A DNA stretch of 64,000 nucleotides, from the NCBI GenBank assembly GCA_963675295.2, contig CAXXKJ010000002.1, positions 1,440,001 through 1,504,000 of the forward strand, written 5' to 3'. Position numbers and translations under genes: made by a program. Shown here piece after piece: positions 12,151 to 21,893 of the stretch. The notes under the pieces were generated by a model. That model was not told the DNA's origin. It made no database searches and worked only from the letters and a program-made list of their open reading frames with translations. This stretch comes from a bacterium. Lineage in GTDB: Bacteria > Electryoneota > Electryoneia > Electryoneales > Electryoneaceae. The first letter of the stretch is position 1; the number at the start of each line of letters is the position of its first letter.

Positions 12151-12302
12151 AAATGTAAATAATGCAAAAAACGTCGATACAGTTTTTGGGCTCTCGTGCC
12201 GATGTATTGGATATAGCCCGGATTTCTCTTACTATTGTGAGTGTTCTGATAGCATGTTCCGAAACCATCATGTTCCTACGCATCGATTCCTTTCGGAACT
12301 TC

Positions 12303-12334
12303 GAAGCCGCCCCCCTACAGGCGGCTTCTTTTTT
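12303..12334 (+). terminator. Rho-independent terminator on the + strand
   Basis: GAAGCCGCC / GGCGGCTTC stem followed by TTTTTT; faces the convergent yitJ end. Confidence 0.7.
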
Positions 12335-12370
12335 CTCTTGCTGGTACGGTGATCGTCGCTGGCGCGTTCG

Positions 12371-14344
12371 CTAGTCTTTCTCGCCTTCATCCAACAGAGT
12401 CTGGACTTCGCTCAGCTCGGGACGTCCCGGCAGCACGGCGGCGGTTTCGACGGCGAGTTCGACCTTGCCGAACGGTGGCATGATGTAAGCACCCTGTACC
12501 CGTCTTGCGAGCTGCTTCAGCATCGAGCGGGCGATGGCGATCCCTTCCTGCATGCCGTGTTCGCGGCTCTTTTCCGACGCGACGCGCATCTGTTCACGAA
12601 TCGGCTTCGGGATTTCCATGCCGGGGACTTCATTGTGGAAGAACTCGGCGTTGCGGTAGGATGCCAGCGGCAGAATCCCGATGAAGACGGGAATGTCTTT
12701 CAGGCCTTCGGCGCGGTCGAGGGCGCCCATCACGCGATCGAGATCGAAGACGGGCTGGGTGAGGATGTACTCGGCACCGTTGTCGAGTTTACGCGCGAGG
12801 CGGTCGAGTTCCAGCTTCAGGTCGATCGCGGCGGGATTGAAGCCGGCGCCGAGGAACAGGGATGTTCCCTTGGACAACGGTTTTCCGGCGAGGTCGAGGG
12901 AGCGGTTGAGGTTGCTGGCGATTTTCAGCAGGCCGATGGAATCGACGTCATAAACAGCGGTCGCCATCGGATAGTCGCCCAGTTTCGGCGGGTCGCCGGT
13001 GACCGCGAGAAGGTTCTGGAGGCCCAATGCCTGCGCGCCGAGCAGGTCGGACTGGATGCCAAGAATGTTGCGGTCACGGCAGGTGTAATGCAGGATGACA
13101 TCCATCTCGGTTTCGCGTTGGACAATGTGCGCGAGCGCCATCGGGGCCATGCGTGCCGAGGCGCGGGGACCATCGGGGATGTTGACAGCGTCGATCGCGG
13201 CGGCTTTAAGGAACTTGACCTGCCGCAGAATGAGCCCCTTCAACGAACTGCGCGGCGGGTGCAATTCGCAGCAGACGGGGAACGCGTTGATGTCCAGCAG
13301 CTTGGCGAGTGTGGATCGCTTGCCACGTGGCGGCACCGGCTGGCCTTCGTCGTCTTCGTCGGCAACAGCCTCCAGTTTTCCAAGGGAGGAGACGGAAACG
13401 TCCGCGCCGGCTTTGACCGGTCCGGCGACCGGGCCGAGCGCACGGATCGCCGCTGCCATCGCGGTGATGTGGCGCGGTCCGGTGCCGCAGCAGCCACCGA
13501 TGACACGGACGCCGTGCTGAACAAGGCGTTTCGTGTACTCGGCGAAATACTCCGGCGTCGACATGTAAAGGATGCGGCCCTCGACGACACGCGGTTCGCC
13601 GGCGTTTGGGAACGCGGCGAGCGGTTTGCTGGTGTGCTCGCGCATCGGGATGATGTTTTCGAGCAAGTCGTGCGGGCCGGTGGAACAGTTGAGGCCGATG
13701 ACATCGACCGGCTGTTTGTCGAGGGTGCGGGCGATGTGTGCTGGTGTGTGGCCAAAGCCGGCGGTGATCTCCGGGTTGAGTGTCATCAGCGCGATGATCG
13801 GCAGGTCGGACAACGAGCGCACGGCCTCGATCGCGAGCAGCAGGGCGTTGAGGTCGAGGAAAGTTTCGAGGATGAAGAGGTCAACGCCGCCCTCGCGCAG
13901 GCCGGTAACCTGGCGCTTAAACGCGCGAACGGCTTCCTTCGGCGAGAGGTTGCCGACGGGGGTGAGCGCGTTTCCGATCGGTCCGATGGACCCGGCGACG
14001 ACGACATTTGCGCCTTCGGACGCGCAGCGCCGGGCAATCGCCACACCGGCGCGGTTGATCTCCTCGGTTTTTTCCGCGAGACCGAACTTACCGAGTTTGA
14101 ATGGATTCGCGCCGAATGTGTTGGTCTCGAGGATGCGTGCGCCGGCCTGGACATACTCCCGGTGCACCGCCTTGACCAGGTGCGGGTCGCTGAGGTTGAG
14201 CGCATCGAAATTGCGGTTGATGTAGATGCCGCGCTCGTACAGACGGGTGCCCATGGCGCCATCCCCGAGCACCACCTGCCCCGCTTCCATCCAGCGGCGG
14301 AAGGGGTTGGTAACGATTGGCTTCTTTTTCTTTTCGGGGGGCAT
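12371..14344 (-). CDS. yitJ: Bifunctional homocysteine S-methyltransferase / methylenetetrahydrofolate reductase
   Basis: N-terminal HMT domain (DGAMGT, ETNTFGAN, GLNCSTGP, GGCCGT); C-terminal MTHFR (CRDRN, TGDPP, TQPVFD). Confidence 0.92.
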   Translation of the reverse strand: MPPEKKKKPIVTNPFRRWMEAGQVVLGDGAMGTRLYERGIYINRNFDALNLSDPHLVKAVHREYVQAGARILETNTFGANPFKLGKFGLAEKTEEINRAGVAIARRCASEGANVVVAGSIGPIGNALTPVGNLSPKEAVRAFKRQVTGLREGGVDLFILETFLDLNALLLAIEAVRSLSDLPIIALMTLNPEITAGFGHTPAHIARTLDKQPVDVIGLNCSTGPHDLLENIIPMREHTSKPLAAFPNAGEPRVVEGRILYMSTPEYFAEYTKRLVQHGVRVIGGCCGTGPRHITAMAAAIRALGPVAGPVKAGADVSVSSLGKLEAVADEDDEGQPVPPRGKRSTLAKLLDINAFPVCCELHPPRSSLKGLILRQVKFLKAAAIDAVNIPDGPRASARMAPMALAHIVQRETEMDVILHYTCRDRNILGIQSDLLGAQALGLQNLLAVTGDPPKLGDYPMATAVYDVDSIGLLKIASNLNRSLDLAGKPLSKGTSLFLGAGFNPAAIDLKLELDRLARKLDNGAEYILTQPVFDLDRVMGALDRAEGLKDIPVFIGILPLASYRNAEFFHNEVPGMEIPKPIREQMRVASEKSREHGMQEGIAIARSMLKQLARRVQGAYIMPPFGKVELAVETAAVLPGRPELSEVQTLLDEGEKD

Positions 14345-14351
14345 GATCAAC

Positions 14352-16652
14352 TTACCCCGCAGCTTCTTCCCGCATCCGTTTCGCGGCGGCGACCATATTC
14401 GCGAGCGAATCCTTTACTTCCGGCCAGCCGCGTGTTTTCAGGCCGCAATCGGGATTGACCCACAGCCGTTGTTTCGGGATATGCTTCAGCGCGCGTTGCA
14501 GCAGGTCGGTCATTTCGTCGCTGGAGGGGACGCGTGGGCTGTGAATGTCCCACACACCCGGCCCGATGTCGTTCGGATAATGGAATTCGTCGAACGCGTC
14601 CAGCAGTTCCATCCGGCTGCGGCTGGCTTCGATGGAGATGACGTCGGCGTCCATCGCGGCGATGGCGTCGAAGATCTCGTTGAATTCGCTGTAGCACATG
14701 TGGGTGTGGATCTGGGTATCATCCTTGACGCCGCTGGAAGCCACCCGGAAACAGCGCACCGCCCAGTCGAAATAGGTAGACCACTCCTTGCGGCGGAGGG
14801 GCAGTCCTTCACGGAAGGCCGGTTCGTCAATCTGGACGACCTCAATGCCAGCACTTTCGAGATCAACGACTTCGTCCCGAATCGCCAGCGCGATCTGTTC
14901 GCAGGTTTTGGAGCGGGGCTGATCGTCCCGCACGAACGACCACTGCAGCATCGTCACCGGGCCGGTGAGCATGCCCTTAACCGGATGATCGGTATGATCC
15001 TTCGCGAACCTGGACCACCGGACGGTCATCGGGTGCGGCCGGTGGACGTCCCCGAAAATGATCGGCGGCTTGACCCCGCGGCTGCCGTAGGATTGCACCC
15101 AGCCGTGTTGCGTGAACGCGTACCCGTCGAGCTGCTCGCCGAAGTATTCGACCATGTCATTGCGCTCAAACTCGCCGTGCACGAGCACATCAACCCCGGC
15201 CTCTTCCTGGTATTTGAGCGTGCTGAGGATTTCGTTTTCGATGGCTTGTTCGTACTGTTCGCGGGTTAACTCACCCTTGCGCAATTGCAGCCGCAGACGG
15301 CGGACTTCCCGTGTCTGCGGGAACGAACCGATGGTGGTCGTAGGGAACGGCGGCAGGTTCAGCTTCGCCTGCTGTGCGGCGACACGTCGCGGGAAATCGG
15401 ATGCCCGGCGCGCCATGGTGTCGTTGATTGCGTCCTGACGCTTGCGCACAGATTCGTTGACCACGCGCTCGCTGCTGCGGCGGGTATCCCACGCGTCCCG
15501 TGAGGCGGCGAACGCTTGCTGCACGTCGGATGTGCCTTCTCCGTTCAGGACGTACGTCAGTGCAACGACTTCGTCCAATTTCTGCTTGCCGAACGCCATC
15601 CAGCTCTTCAGCTCGTCGTCGAGTTTTGTCTCGAGGTCGAGGTCGATGGGGGAGTGGAGCAGGCTGCAGGATGGTGCGACCATCAGATCGTGATGTCCGC
15701 CGCGCAACGTCGCCGCGCGCTTGAGCAAGTCCAGCGCTTTGTCGAGGTCGGCGCGCCAGACGTTGCGTCCATTGACCACACCGCAGCCGAGCAGCTTGCC
15801 CTCCGGCAGTCGCGGCGCGATGGCGTCAAGCTGTTCCGGTGTGCGCACGAGGTCGAGGTGCAGACCGTCGCCCATGGTGACGGCGAGCTCAGCGTTGTGT
15901 GCGATGCTGCCGAAATAGGTCGCGGTGAGCAGTTTCGGACGCTCGGACAGGCTGTTGAGGTACGCCCACGCCTGCTCGAAGATGGAACGTGCTTCGTCGT
16001 CAAGGTCAAGCACCAGCGCCGGTTCGTCGAGCTGAACCATGAACACGCCCATCTCGTGGAATCGGCGCAGGATCTCGCCGTAGACCGGAAGCATCCGTTC
16101 GAGGATGACACGTTTCGGGGTGTCGTCCAGGACCTTGCCAAGCAGCAGGTAGGTCGCTGGGCCGACCAGTACCGGGCGTGGGTGTTCAACACCGGCGGCA
16201 CGGGCTTTTTCCACCGCGCGAAACGGGTGTAGCGAGGCGATGTGGAAGTCGGTGTCTTCGTCGAATTCCGGGACGATGTAGTGGTAATTGGTGTCGAACC
16301 ACTTGGTCATTTCCATCGCGGGCACGTCACGGTCGGCGTCCTGAGCGCCACGGGCCATCGCGAAGTAGGTGTCGAGTTCGATCTCATCGAGCAGCGGTGC
16401 GTTGTACCGGGATGGAATCGCGCCGAGCAGGCCGCTCATGTCGAGCATGTGATCGTAATAGGAGAAGTCGTTGACCGGTATCGCGAACAGGCCGGCGTCC
16501 ATCTGGATCCGCCAGTGCCGTTCCATCAGCATGTCCGCAGTATTGCGCAGCTGAGCTTCGGTCAGTTTGCCCTTCCAGAAGGCTTCGACCGCCTTCTTCA
16601 GCTCTCGTTTCGCGCCAAAACGGGGAAATCCGAGATTGCTTGCCACCGCCAT
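14352..16652 (-). CDS. metE: Cobalamin-independent methionine synthase
   Basis: Start MAVASNLGFPR; MTKWFDTNYHY, TTTIGSFPQT, HGEFERNDMVEYF, HTHMCYSEF and WVNPDCGLKTR motifs. Confidence 0.97.
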   Translation of the reverse strand: MAVASNLGFPRFGAKRELKKAVEAFWKGKLTEAQLRNTADMLMERHWRIQMDAGLFAIPVNDFSYYDHMLDMSGLLGAIPSRYNAPLLDEIELDTYFAMARGAQDADRDVPAMEMTKWFDTNYHYIVPEFDEDTDFHIASLHPFRAVEKARAAGVEHPRPVLVGPATYLLLGKVLDDTPKRVILERMLPVYGEILRRFHEMGVFMVQLDEPALVLDLDDEARSIFEQAWAYLNSLSERPKLLTATYFGSIAHNAELAVTMGDGLHLDLVRTPEQLDAIAPRLPEGKLLGCGVVNGRNVWRADLDKALDLLKRAATLRGGHHDLMVAPSCSLLHSPIDLDLETKLDDELKSWMAFGKQKLDEVVALTYVLNGEGTSDVQQAFAASRDAWDTRRSSERVVNESVRKRQDAINDTMARRASDFPRRVAAQQAKLNLPPFPTTTIGSFPQTREVRRLRLQLRKGELTREQYEQAIENEILSTLKYQEEAGVDVLVHGEFERNDMVEYFGEQLDGYAFTQHGWVQSYGSRGVKPPIIFGDVHRPHPMTVRWSRFAKDHTDHPVKGMLTGPVTMLQWSFVRDDQPRSKTCEQIALAIRDEVVDLESAGIEVVQIDEPAFREGLPLRRKEWSTYFDWAVRCFRVASSGVKDDTQIHTHMCYSEFNEIFDAIAAMDADVISIEASRSRMELLDAFDEFHYPNDIGPGVWDIHSPRVPSSDEMTDLLQRALKHIPKQRLWVNPDCGLKTRGWPEVKDSLANMVAAAKRMREEAAG

Positions 16653-16677
16653 GATGTCTACCCTAGCTTGAACAGAA

Positions 16678-17352
16678 ATGTTTGCCTTCCCGAACGAACA
16701 AAATGCGAACAGGTGGCCGGTGGATTCCAGCGAAAAACACGAATTGCCTGAGGCGCGAGTCAGCAATGGCAACAGCCCGTCCCAGCGTGGTCCGGTGATA
16801 GTCACCGGTTTGCCACGCAGTGGAACGTCGATGGTGATGCAGATGCTGAACGCCGGCGGGATGCCGTTGCTCATCGACGAAGGCCGCCCCGCCGACGACC
16901 ATAACCCGCGTGGATATTACGAATTTGAACCGGTAAAACGCATCGAGACGGACACGTCGTGGCTGCCGCAAGCCTACGGCAAGGCTGTGAAGATTGTGAT
17001 TCCGCTGGTGCGTGTGATCGCCGGGATGGATGTGCACGCGACGGTGCTGTTGGTGATGCGTGATTTGAACGCGGTGCTTGCCAGCCAGAAGCGGATGATC
17101 GAGGCGGACGGCGGAGTGGTGCCGCCGGACGAACAGGACCAGCTCCGCGTTGTGTTTCAAACCGAGCAGGCCCAGGCGAGAGCATTGCTCAATGCCAACC
17201 GTCACCAGAAACTGGTCGTGCTCACCTACGAGGCCATTCTCGAGAATCCGTTGCGTGAGGCGAACCGTATCGCGCAGGCCTTGCCGGCATGTGTCGATGC
17301 AGCAGCGATGGCGGCGGTGGTCGACCTTACGTTGAACCGGTCGGGCAGCTAG
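16678..17352 (+). CDS. Sulfotransferase family protein
   Basis: PAPS-binding motif IVTGLPRSGTSMVMQML, NPRGYYE, R...AVLASQ. The true start may be GTG at 16720. Confidence 0.8.
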   Translation: MFAFPNEQNANRWPVDSSEKHELPEARVSNGNSPSQRGPVIVTGLPRSGTSMVMQMLNAGGMPLLIDEGRPADDHNPRGYYEFEPVKRIETDTSWLPQAYGKAVKIVIPLVRVIAGMDVHATVLLVMRDLNAVLASQKRMIEADGGVVPPDEQDQLRVVFQTEQAQARALLNANRHQKLVVLTYEAILENPLREANRIAQALPACVDAAAMAAVVDLTLNRSGS

Positions 17353-17613
17353 CGTTCCTATTTGTTCACCCCCTTGTGCAGCTGTTTCTATCCCTGGCGG
17401 TGGGACACCAACTTACATCCATGCATGACCCTGAATGATCTCCAATCGCGGAGGCGAAATCCCAAAATCTAATTGCGCGGAATGTTTGGAAGGCCTAACT
17501 TCTGCCCACAACATACACCGTTGCAAAAGCCCAGTTTCGACTCACCCATACTGCAACGCTATCCAGGCCTCAACGGCGTAACTGTGATCCCCAACTGAAC
17601 TGCGGAGAGAGGT

Positions 17614-18507
17614 ATGCGTTTATTTACGCGGAACAACCTGGACGGCGTTGTCAGCGCAGCGTTGATCATGAAGAAAGAGGCGGTGGATGATGTGATGTTT
17701 GTGTCGCCTCGTGCGATGCAGGATGGCGAGATCGATGTGCAGCCCGGTGATGGCATTACCAACCTGCCGTATCACGCCAACGCCAGCCTTTATTTTGATC
17801 ACCATGAGTTGAGCGAAAGCGCGAGTAGGAACGGAGCTCGTGGGATTGTGCGCGAGGCGCCGAGTGCGACGCATCTCGTGTTCGAGCATTACGAGTTCGA
17901 GAAGGAAGGTGTGTTTGGCCGGTTGCACGACATGGTCCATTTCACCAATCGTCTCGACTCCGGGGTGCTGACGTACGAAGATGTGCTCAACCCAACAGGT
18001 TGGATGTTGCTTGGCTTCCTGCTCGATCCGCGTACCGGTCTGGAGTTGGACGAAGCCCTGTACAAGAGCCTGATTCACTGCATCCGTAACGGGATGAAGA
18101 TCAAGGATATTCTTGCGATGCCTGAGGTGCGCGAAGCCACGGCGCGCTATTTCGATCAGGAAGAAGAAAGCAAGATCGTGATCGCCAGCCACAGCAAGGT
18201 GTTCCGCAACGTGCTGGTGACAGATCTGTCCAACGTTGACGAACCGATTGTCGGCAACCGGTTCCTGTTGTACGCAATCTTCCCCCGTTGCAGCGCGAGC
18301 ATTCGAGTGGTCCGTCATGACACCAAGCCGGATACCGTCGTTTTTTCGGTTGGGAAGAGTGTGTTCAACCGGGCGTCGAAGGTACACATCGGTAAGTTGA
18401 TGGCGGAGTATGGAGGCGGTGGGTTGGAAGGCGCCGGCACCTGCCAGTTCCCGCGTACGGAAGCGGAAGAAAAGTTGGCGGAATTGGCAAACCGTCTCCT
18501 TGATTGA
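17614..18507 (+). CDS. DHH-superfamily exopolyphosphatase-like / nanoRNase-like protein
   Basis: MRLFTRNNLDG, NLPY, FDHH, LDPRTGL, GNRF, GKSVFNR, YGGG...AGTCQ. Confidence 0.8.
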   Translation: MRLFTRNNLDGVVSAALIMKKEAVDDVMFVSPRAMQDGEIDVQPGDGITNLPYHANASLYFDHHELSESASRNGARGIVREAPSATHLVFEHYEFEKEGVFGRLHDMVHFTNRLDSGVLTYEDVLNPTGWMLLGFLLDPRTGLELDEALYKSLIHCIRNGMKIKDILAMPEVREATARYFDQEEESKIVIASHSKVFRNVLVTDLSNVDEPIVGNRFLLYAIFPRCSASIRVVRHDTKPDTVVFSVGKSVFNRASKVHIGKLMAEYGGGGLEGAGTCQFPRTEAEEKLAELANRLLD

Positions 18508-18528
18508 GCGACGCGTTCGAGAAAAAAC

Positions 18529-18558
18529 AAGCCCGGATCCGAAAGGACCCGGGCTTTC
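18529..18558. terminator. Terminator between convergent genes
   Basis: AAGCCCGGATCC-gaaa-GGACCCGGGCTT hairpin flanked by A- and T-runs. Confidence 0.6.
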
Positions 18559-18579
18559 TGATTTCGGAGTGACCCGAAA

Positions 18580-20022
18580 TTACTTGATCATGGTGATCTT
18601 CTGCATCGCGTTCAGCTGGCCCGGGACCTGGGCATTCACGAAGTAAATGCCGCTGGCGAGGTTGCTGCCGTCGAAGGTGAAGGTGTGCGTACCGGCGGAG
18701 AACTTGCTGTTTGCCAGTTCGGCAACCTTCTGGCCGAGCGTGTTGAAGACGGCGACGGTCAAGTCAGCCGATTCCGGCAGTACGACGCTGACGTTGGTCG
18801 CGGCGTTGAACGGATTCGGCCACGCATCCTGCAGCGCGTAGGTGTTCGGAACCGAAGCGGTGCCGTACATGAGGTCTTCAATCGTGAAGGTTGAGCCTTC
18901 CCATGAGTGGTAATCACCCGCAGCAACGCCGGTCTTCTCGAAGGTGAAGTCATCGTCGATGTACGGACCCTGCGTGCGGCCGACATATCCGGTGAAGGTG
19001 TAGGTACCAGACGGCGCGATGTCCGGGATTTCCTGCGTCAGCGCCTGGATGGTGACATCCATGAACGGCTGAATGGTGAACGGAATCTGGGTCAGCGGGC
19101 CGAAGACCTGGCCGTTCGGCAGCGTGACTTCCGTCCAGTAACGCACGTTGGCGAAGGTCTGTCCGGTGATGTTGATCAGGTGCGCGTCGTAATACACAAT
19201 GCCGCCGCTCGGCGGAATCGTGGTGACGGTACCGGTGAGGTCGAGGTCGACCGGGCCGGATGGCGCGGTGCCGAACAGCTCAAAGTCGTCAAAGCAAACG
19301 CCGTAGTATTCCACCACGGTGGTCGCCCAGTGACGGAAACCGATCATGACTTCTTCACCATCATACTGGCCGATCTGGAAGGTTTCCTGGCCCCAGTAAT
19401 CGTGGATGCCGTTGCGGTTGTTGAAGCCAACCTGATCCAGGAAGCCGTCGAAGCCCTGCATGTCCGGGTAGCCAGCATCCGGGTACAGCAGTTCCCACGT
19501 GGCGCCGCCGTCGATAGAAGCCCAAACGTTGTAGCCTTCCCAGTAGAAGTAATCGTACCAGTGCCAGTAGGTGAAGTAGGCTTCATCGTCCTGGATGTTG
19601 AACGGTTCGGAGGTCCACAGCCATTCGTCGCCACCGGTCGCGCCGTGCGGACGCGCGAGGCCGGTCGCCCAGGCGTTGGTGCCAGAGTAGGCCGAGCCCG
19701 GACCCGGGTGAGCGGTGTCGGAGGACGGAAGCGGTTGTCCCCATTCCCATTCGGCCGCTTCCGGCACGAACGGGTCGCCGCTGCCTTCAAAATCCCAGAA
19801 CTCTTCCAGGTCATCGACGCTGTTGCCCGGTACATACGGGGTCATCGGCATCGTTTGCGCAGCACGCCAATCCATATACTGCTGCAGGAGCTGCACTTGT
19901 TCGGGAGTTGGGTTCGCCGCGATGGCGGCTTCCTCAATCTGGTTCAACTGTGCTTCTGTCCACGCGAAACCAGTGGATGCGACAAGCAGGAGAAGTCCCG
20001 CCAGCAATACCAAGCGCTTCAT
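18580..20022 (-). CDS. Secreted protein with MAM/immune-inhibitor-A-like beta-sandwich and T9SS sorting domain
   Basis: Signal peptide; WEWGQP...GPGSAYSGTNAWAT, FTYWHWY, S.DGG.TW, D.F.L pattern; WPNPFN C-terminal domain. Confidence 0.75.
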   Translation of the reverse strand: MKRLVLLAGLLLLVASTGFAWTEAQLNQIEEAAIAANPTPEQVQLLQQYMDWRAAQTMPMTPYVPGNSVDDLEEFWDFEGSGDPFVPEAAEWEWGQPLPSSDTAHPGPGSAYSGTNAWATGLARPHGATGGDEWLWTSEPFNIQDDEAYFTYWHWYDYFYWEGYNVWASIDGGATWELLYPDAGYPDMQGFDGFLDQVGFNNRNGIHDYWGQETFQIGQYDGEEVMIGFRHWATTVVEYYGVCFDDFELFGTAPSGPVDLDLTGTVTTIPPSGGIVYYDAHLINITGQTFANVRYWTEVTLPNGQVFGPLTQIPFTIQPFMDVTIQALTQEIPDIAPSGTYTFTGYVGRTQGPYIDDDFTFEKTGVAAGDYHSWEGSTFTIEDLMYGTASVPNTYALQDAWPNPFNAATNVSVVLPESADLTVAVFNTLGQKVAELANSKFSAGTHTFTFDGSNLASGIYFVNAQVPGQLNAMQKITMIK

Positions 20023-20568
20023 GATGTCTCCTTCAAAATAACGGAAGTCAAAACTGGACTCACGCCGGACTCGCAGTAACCCAGACGTAGCCCATCCATG
20101 CCCACAACAATCAGGGGGATGTTACGTGTAGAAAAATCACTATTTTGAGGTATGCCCCCCGCCTCAATCTTCACTTGACGGACTACAAGTATAACCCCTG
20201 ATCCAGGCGTTCGGTAGGGAAATTTCTGTTTTCGGCTAAATTCTCACCGGATCGCGAGCTGGCAAAGAGCCCGCAAGGCTCTGTTTGCATGTGCTAACAA
20301 GTCGTGACGGTCAGGTTTGGATGTGTATGATTCTCGGGATGAATCTCCGGTTTTTGGATCGCTGCAGGAACAGAAAATATCGATTTTCTAACGACTTACT
20401 CGACGAATCATGACACGGGTCTGCGGTTCCGGATCGTGTTGTGAGACGTGAGCACCGGCGAGTTAGCAACCTCGAACAGATTTACCGCGAAATGGAATCG
20501 GGACGTGTGGAAAATTGCCAGTTGCATGATCAACGTACCGCCCGTGCCCGGGGGTGGCCCGCGGGGGA

Positions 20569-20597
20569 TTGAAACGGGGCGGGCGGAGTGTTAGTTT
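20569..20597 (+). promoter_or_regulatory. Probable sigma70 promoter of the tRNA
   Basis: TTGAAA-17 nt-TAGTTT with an extended -10 TG, 17 nt upstream of the tRNA. Confidence 0.45.
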
Positions 20598-20614
20598 CCC
20601 TCTCGCAGATTCCC

Positions 20615-20700
20615 GGAGGATTAGCCTAATTGGTAAGGCAGCAGTCTTGAAAACTGCCGGGTGAAAGCCCTTGGGGGTTCGAGTCCCTCATCCTCCGCCA
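20615..20700 (+). tRNA. tRNA-Ser (anticodon UGA)
   Basis: GGAGGAT acceptor / ATCCTCC-G-CCA; anticodon stem GCAGT-cTTGAaa-ACTGC; long variable arm; GGTTCGAGTCC T-arm. Confidence 0.96.
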
Positions 20701-20792
20701 TACGCCCGTAACCCTTGCATTAACAGGGTTGTGGGCGTTACCTTTGGGGCGATCGTGACAAATTCGTGCCAAGCCCGAAAACGGAGCCTACA

Positions 20793-21881
20793 ATGACGCG
20801 CCCCAAGTATCCCAAGCCCTTCAAGCGTAAAGACACTGGAAAGTGGTGCATTTCGTACTTCGACCCAGAAAAGGGTAGACGTGTAAGAGAGACAGTTGGG
20901 ACAAAGGAGGAGGTTGCATTAAAAAGGGCTGGCCAGGTCTACAACGAGATGATGGCCATTTTCCTCGGCGAGCCTGATGCGGGAAGGGAAGACATATCTC
21001 TAGAAACTCTAGTCGATGAGTTTTTTCTAAGCAAGGAAGGTAGAACTGAAGCCATAACCATTAAGAGCTACCGGGCTAAAGCGATCTACCTGAAAAAGTT
21101 CATTGAAACCAAATTCCCGTCAATCAAGACCATCCGGCAAATAAAACCAGTTTACCTGGAAGAATTCCTCAAATCACGGCGGGAAGTAGGCAAGGCGCAT
21201 AGAACAGTCGAAGCTGACATGCAGGTCGTGAAAGCGGTATTCAATTTTGCTGTCGAACAAGGCTACTTGACGCAGAGTCCTGCCCGCCTGATCAAACCGT
21301 TCAAGAATCTGGATCAAGCCAAACATCCTCCATACTGGACAAAAGACGAAGTACAGAAAATCCTTGCGGAGATTAAGCCGGGATGGCGAGATGCTCATGA
21401 ATTCCTGTATCACACAGGACTTCGGAAAGCTGAGTTGATGTTCCTTACCTGGAGTGACGTGACCTTGGACGGTGAAGATTCGTACATCAGGATTCAAGCG
21501 AAAGAAGGGTGGCGTCCGAAGAACAACAAGGTAAGAGATGTTCCTCTTAACGATCGAGCCCAGGAAATTATCAAGCGACAGACGAAACTGAAATCGAACG
21601 ACTACGTGTTTCATGGACCACGTGGTGGAAAACAACTGCATCGTGACAAATTCTACCGCGAACTAAAACGAGCGCTAGAAGCTGTTGGTCTGGAAGGCGA
21701 TGTGCATCAGTGGCGTCACACGTTTGCATCACATTTGGTGGATGCAGGGGTAGGTATTGAAACTGTTTCGAAGCTCCTAGGTCATTCAACTTTAGAGATG
21801 ACTATGATTTATGTGTACTTAGCGAAAAATCGTCTTAAAAAAGCGGTAGATAAGCTTGATAGTCTTAATATTAAAGCATGA
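20793..21881 (+). CDS. Tyrosine recombinase / phage-type integrase
   Basis: Catalytic R (TGLRKAE), K (RPKN), H..R (HQWRHTFASHL), H (LLGHS), Y (TMIY); N-terminal arm-binding and SAM-like regions. Confidence 0.95.
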   Translation: MTRPKYPKPFKRKDTGKWCISYFDPEKGRRVRETVGTKEEVALKRAGQVYNEMMAIFLGEPDAGREDISLETLVDEFFLSKEGRTEAITIKSYRAKAIYLKKFIETKFPSIKTIRQIKPVYLEEFLKSRREVGKAHRTVEADMQVVKAVFNFAVEQGYLTQSPARLIKPFKNLDQAKHPPYWTKDEVQKILAEIKPGWRDAHEFLYHTGLRKAELMFLTWSDVTLDGEDSYIRIQAKEGWRPKNNKVRDVPLNDRAQEIIKRQTKLKSNDYVFHGPRGGKQLHRDKFYRELKRALEAVGLEGDVHQWRHTFASHLVDAGVGIETVSKLLGHSTLEMTMIYVYLAKNRLKKAVDKLDSLNIKA

Positions 21882-21893
21882 TACTTAGTTTTA

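Noticed and set aside
16652-16874. SAM or cobalamin riboswitch, or a longer N-terminus, for metE
   Set aside because: No riboswitch consensus is visible; the space is occupied by the divergent sulfotransferase gene and the MetE family start is at 16652.
20677-20700. attR duplicate of the tRNA 3' end inside the window
   Set aside because: No second copy found by eye; the island boundary is probably beyond 64000.
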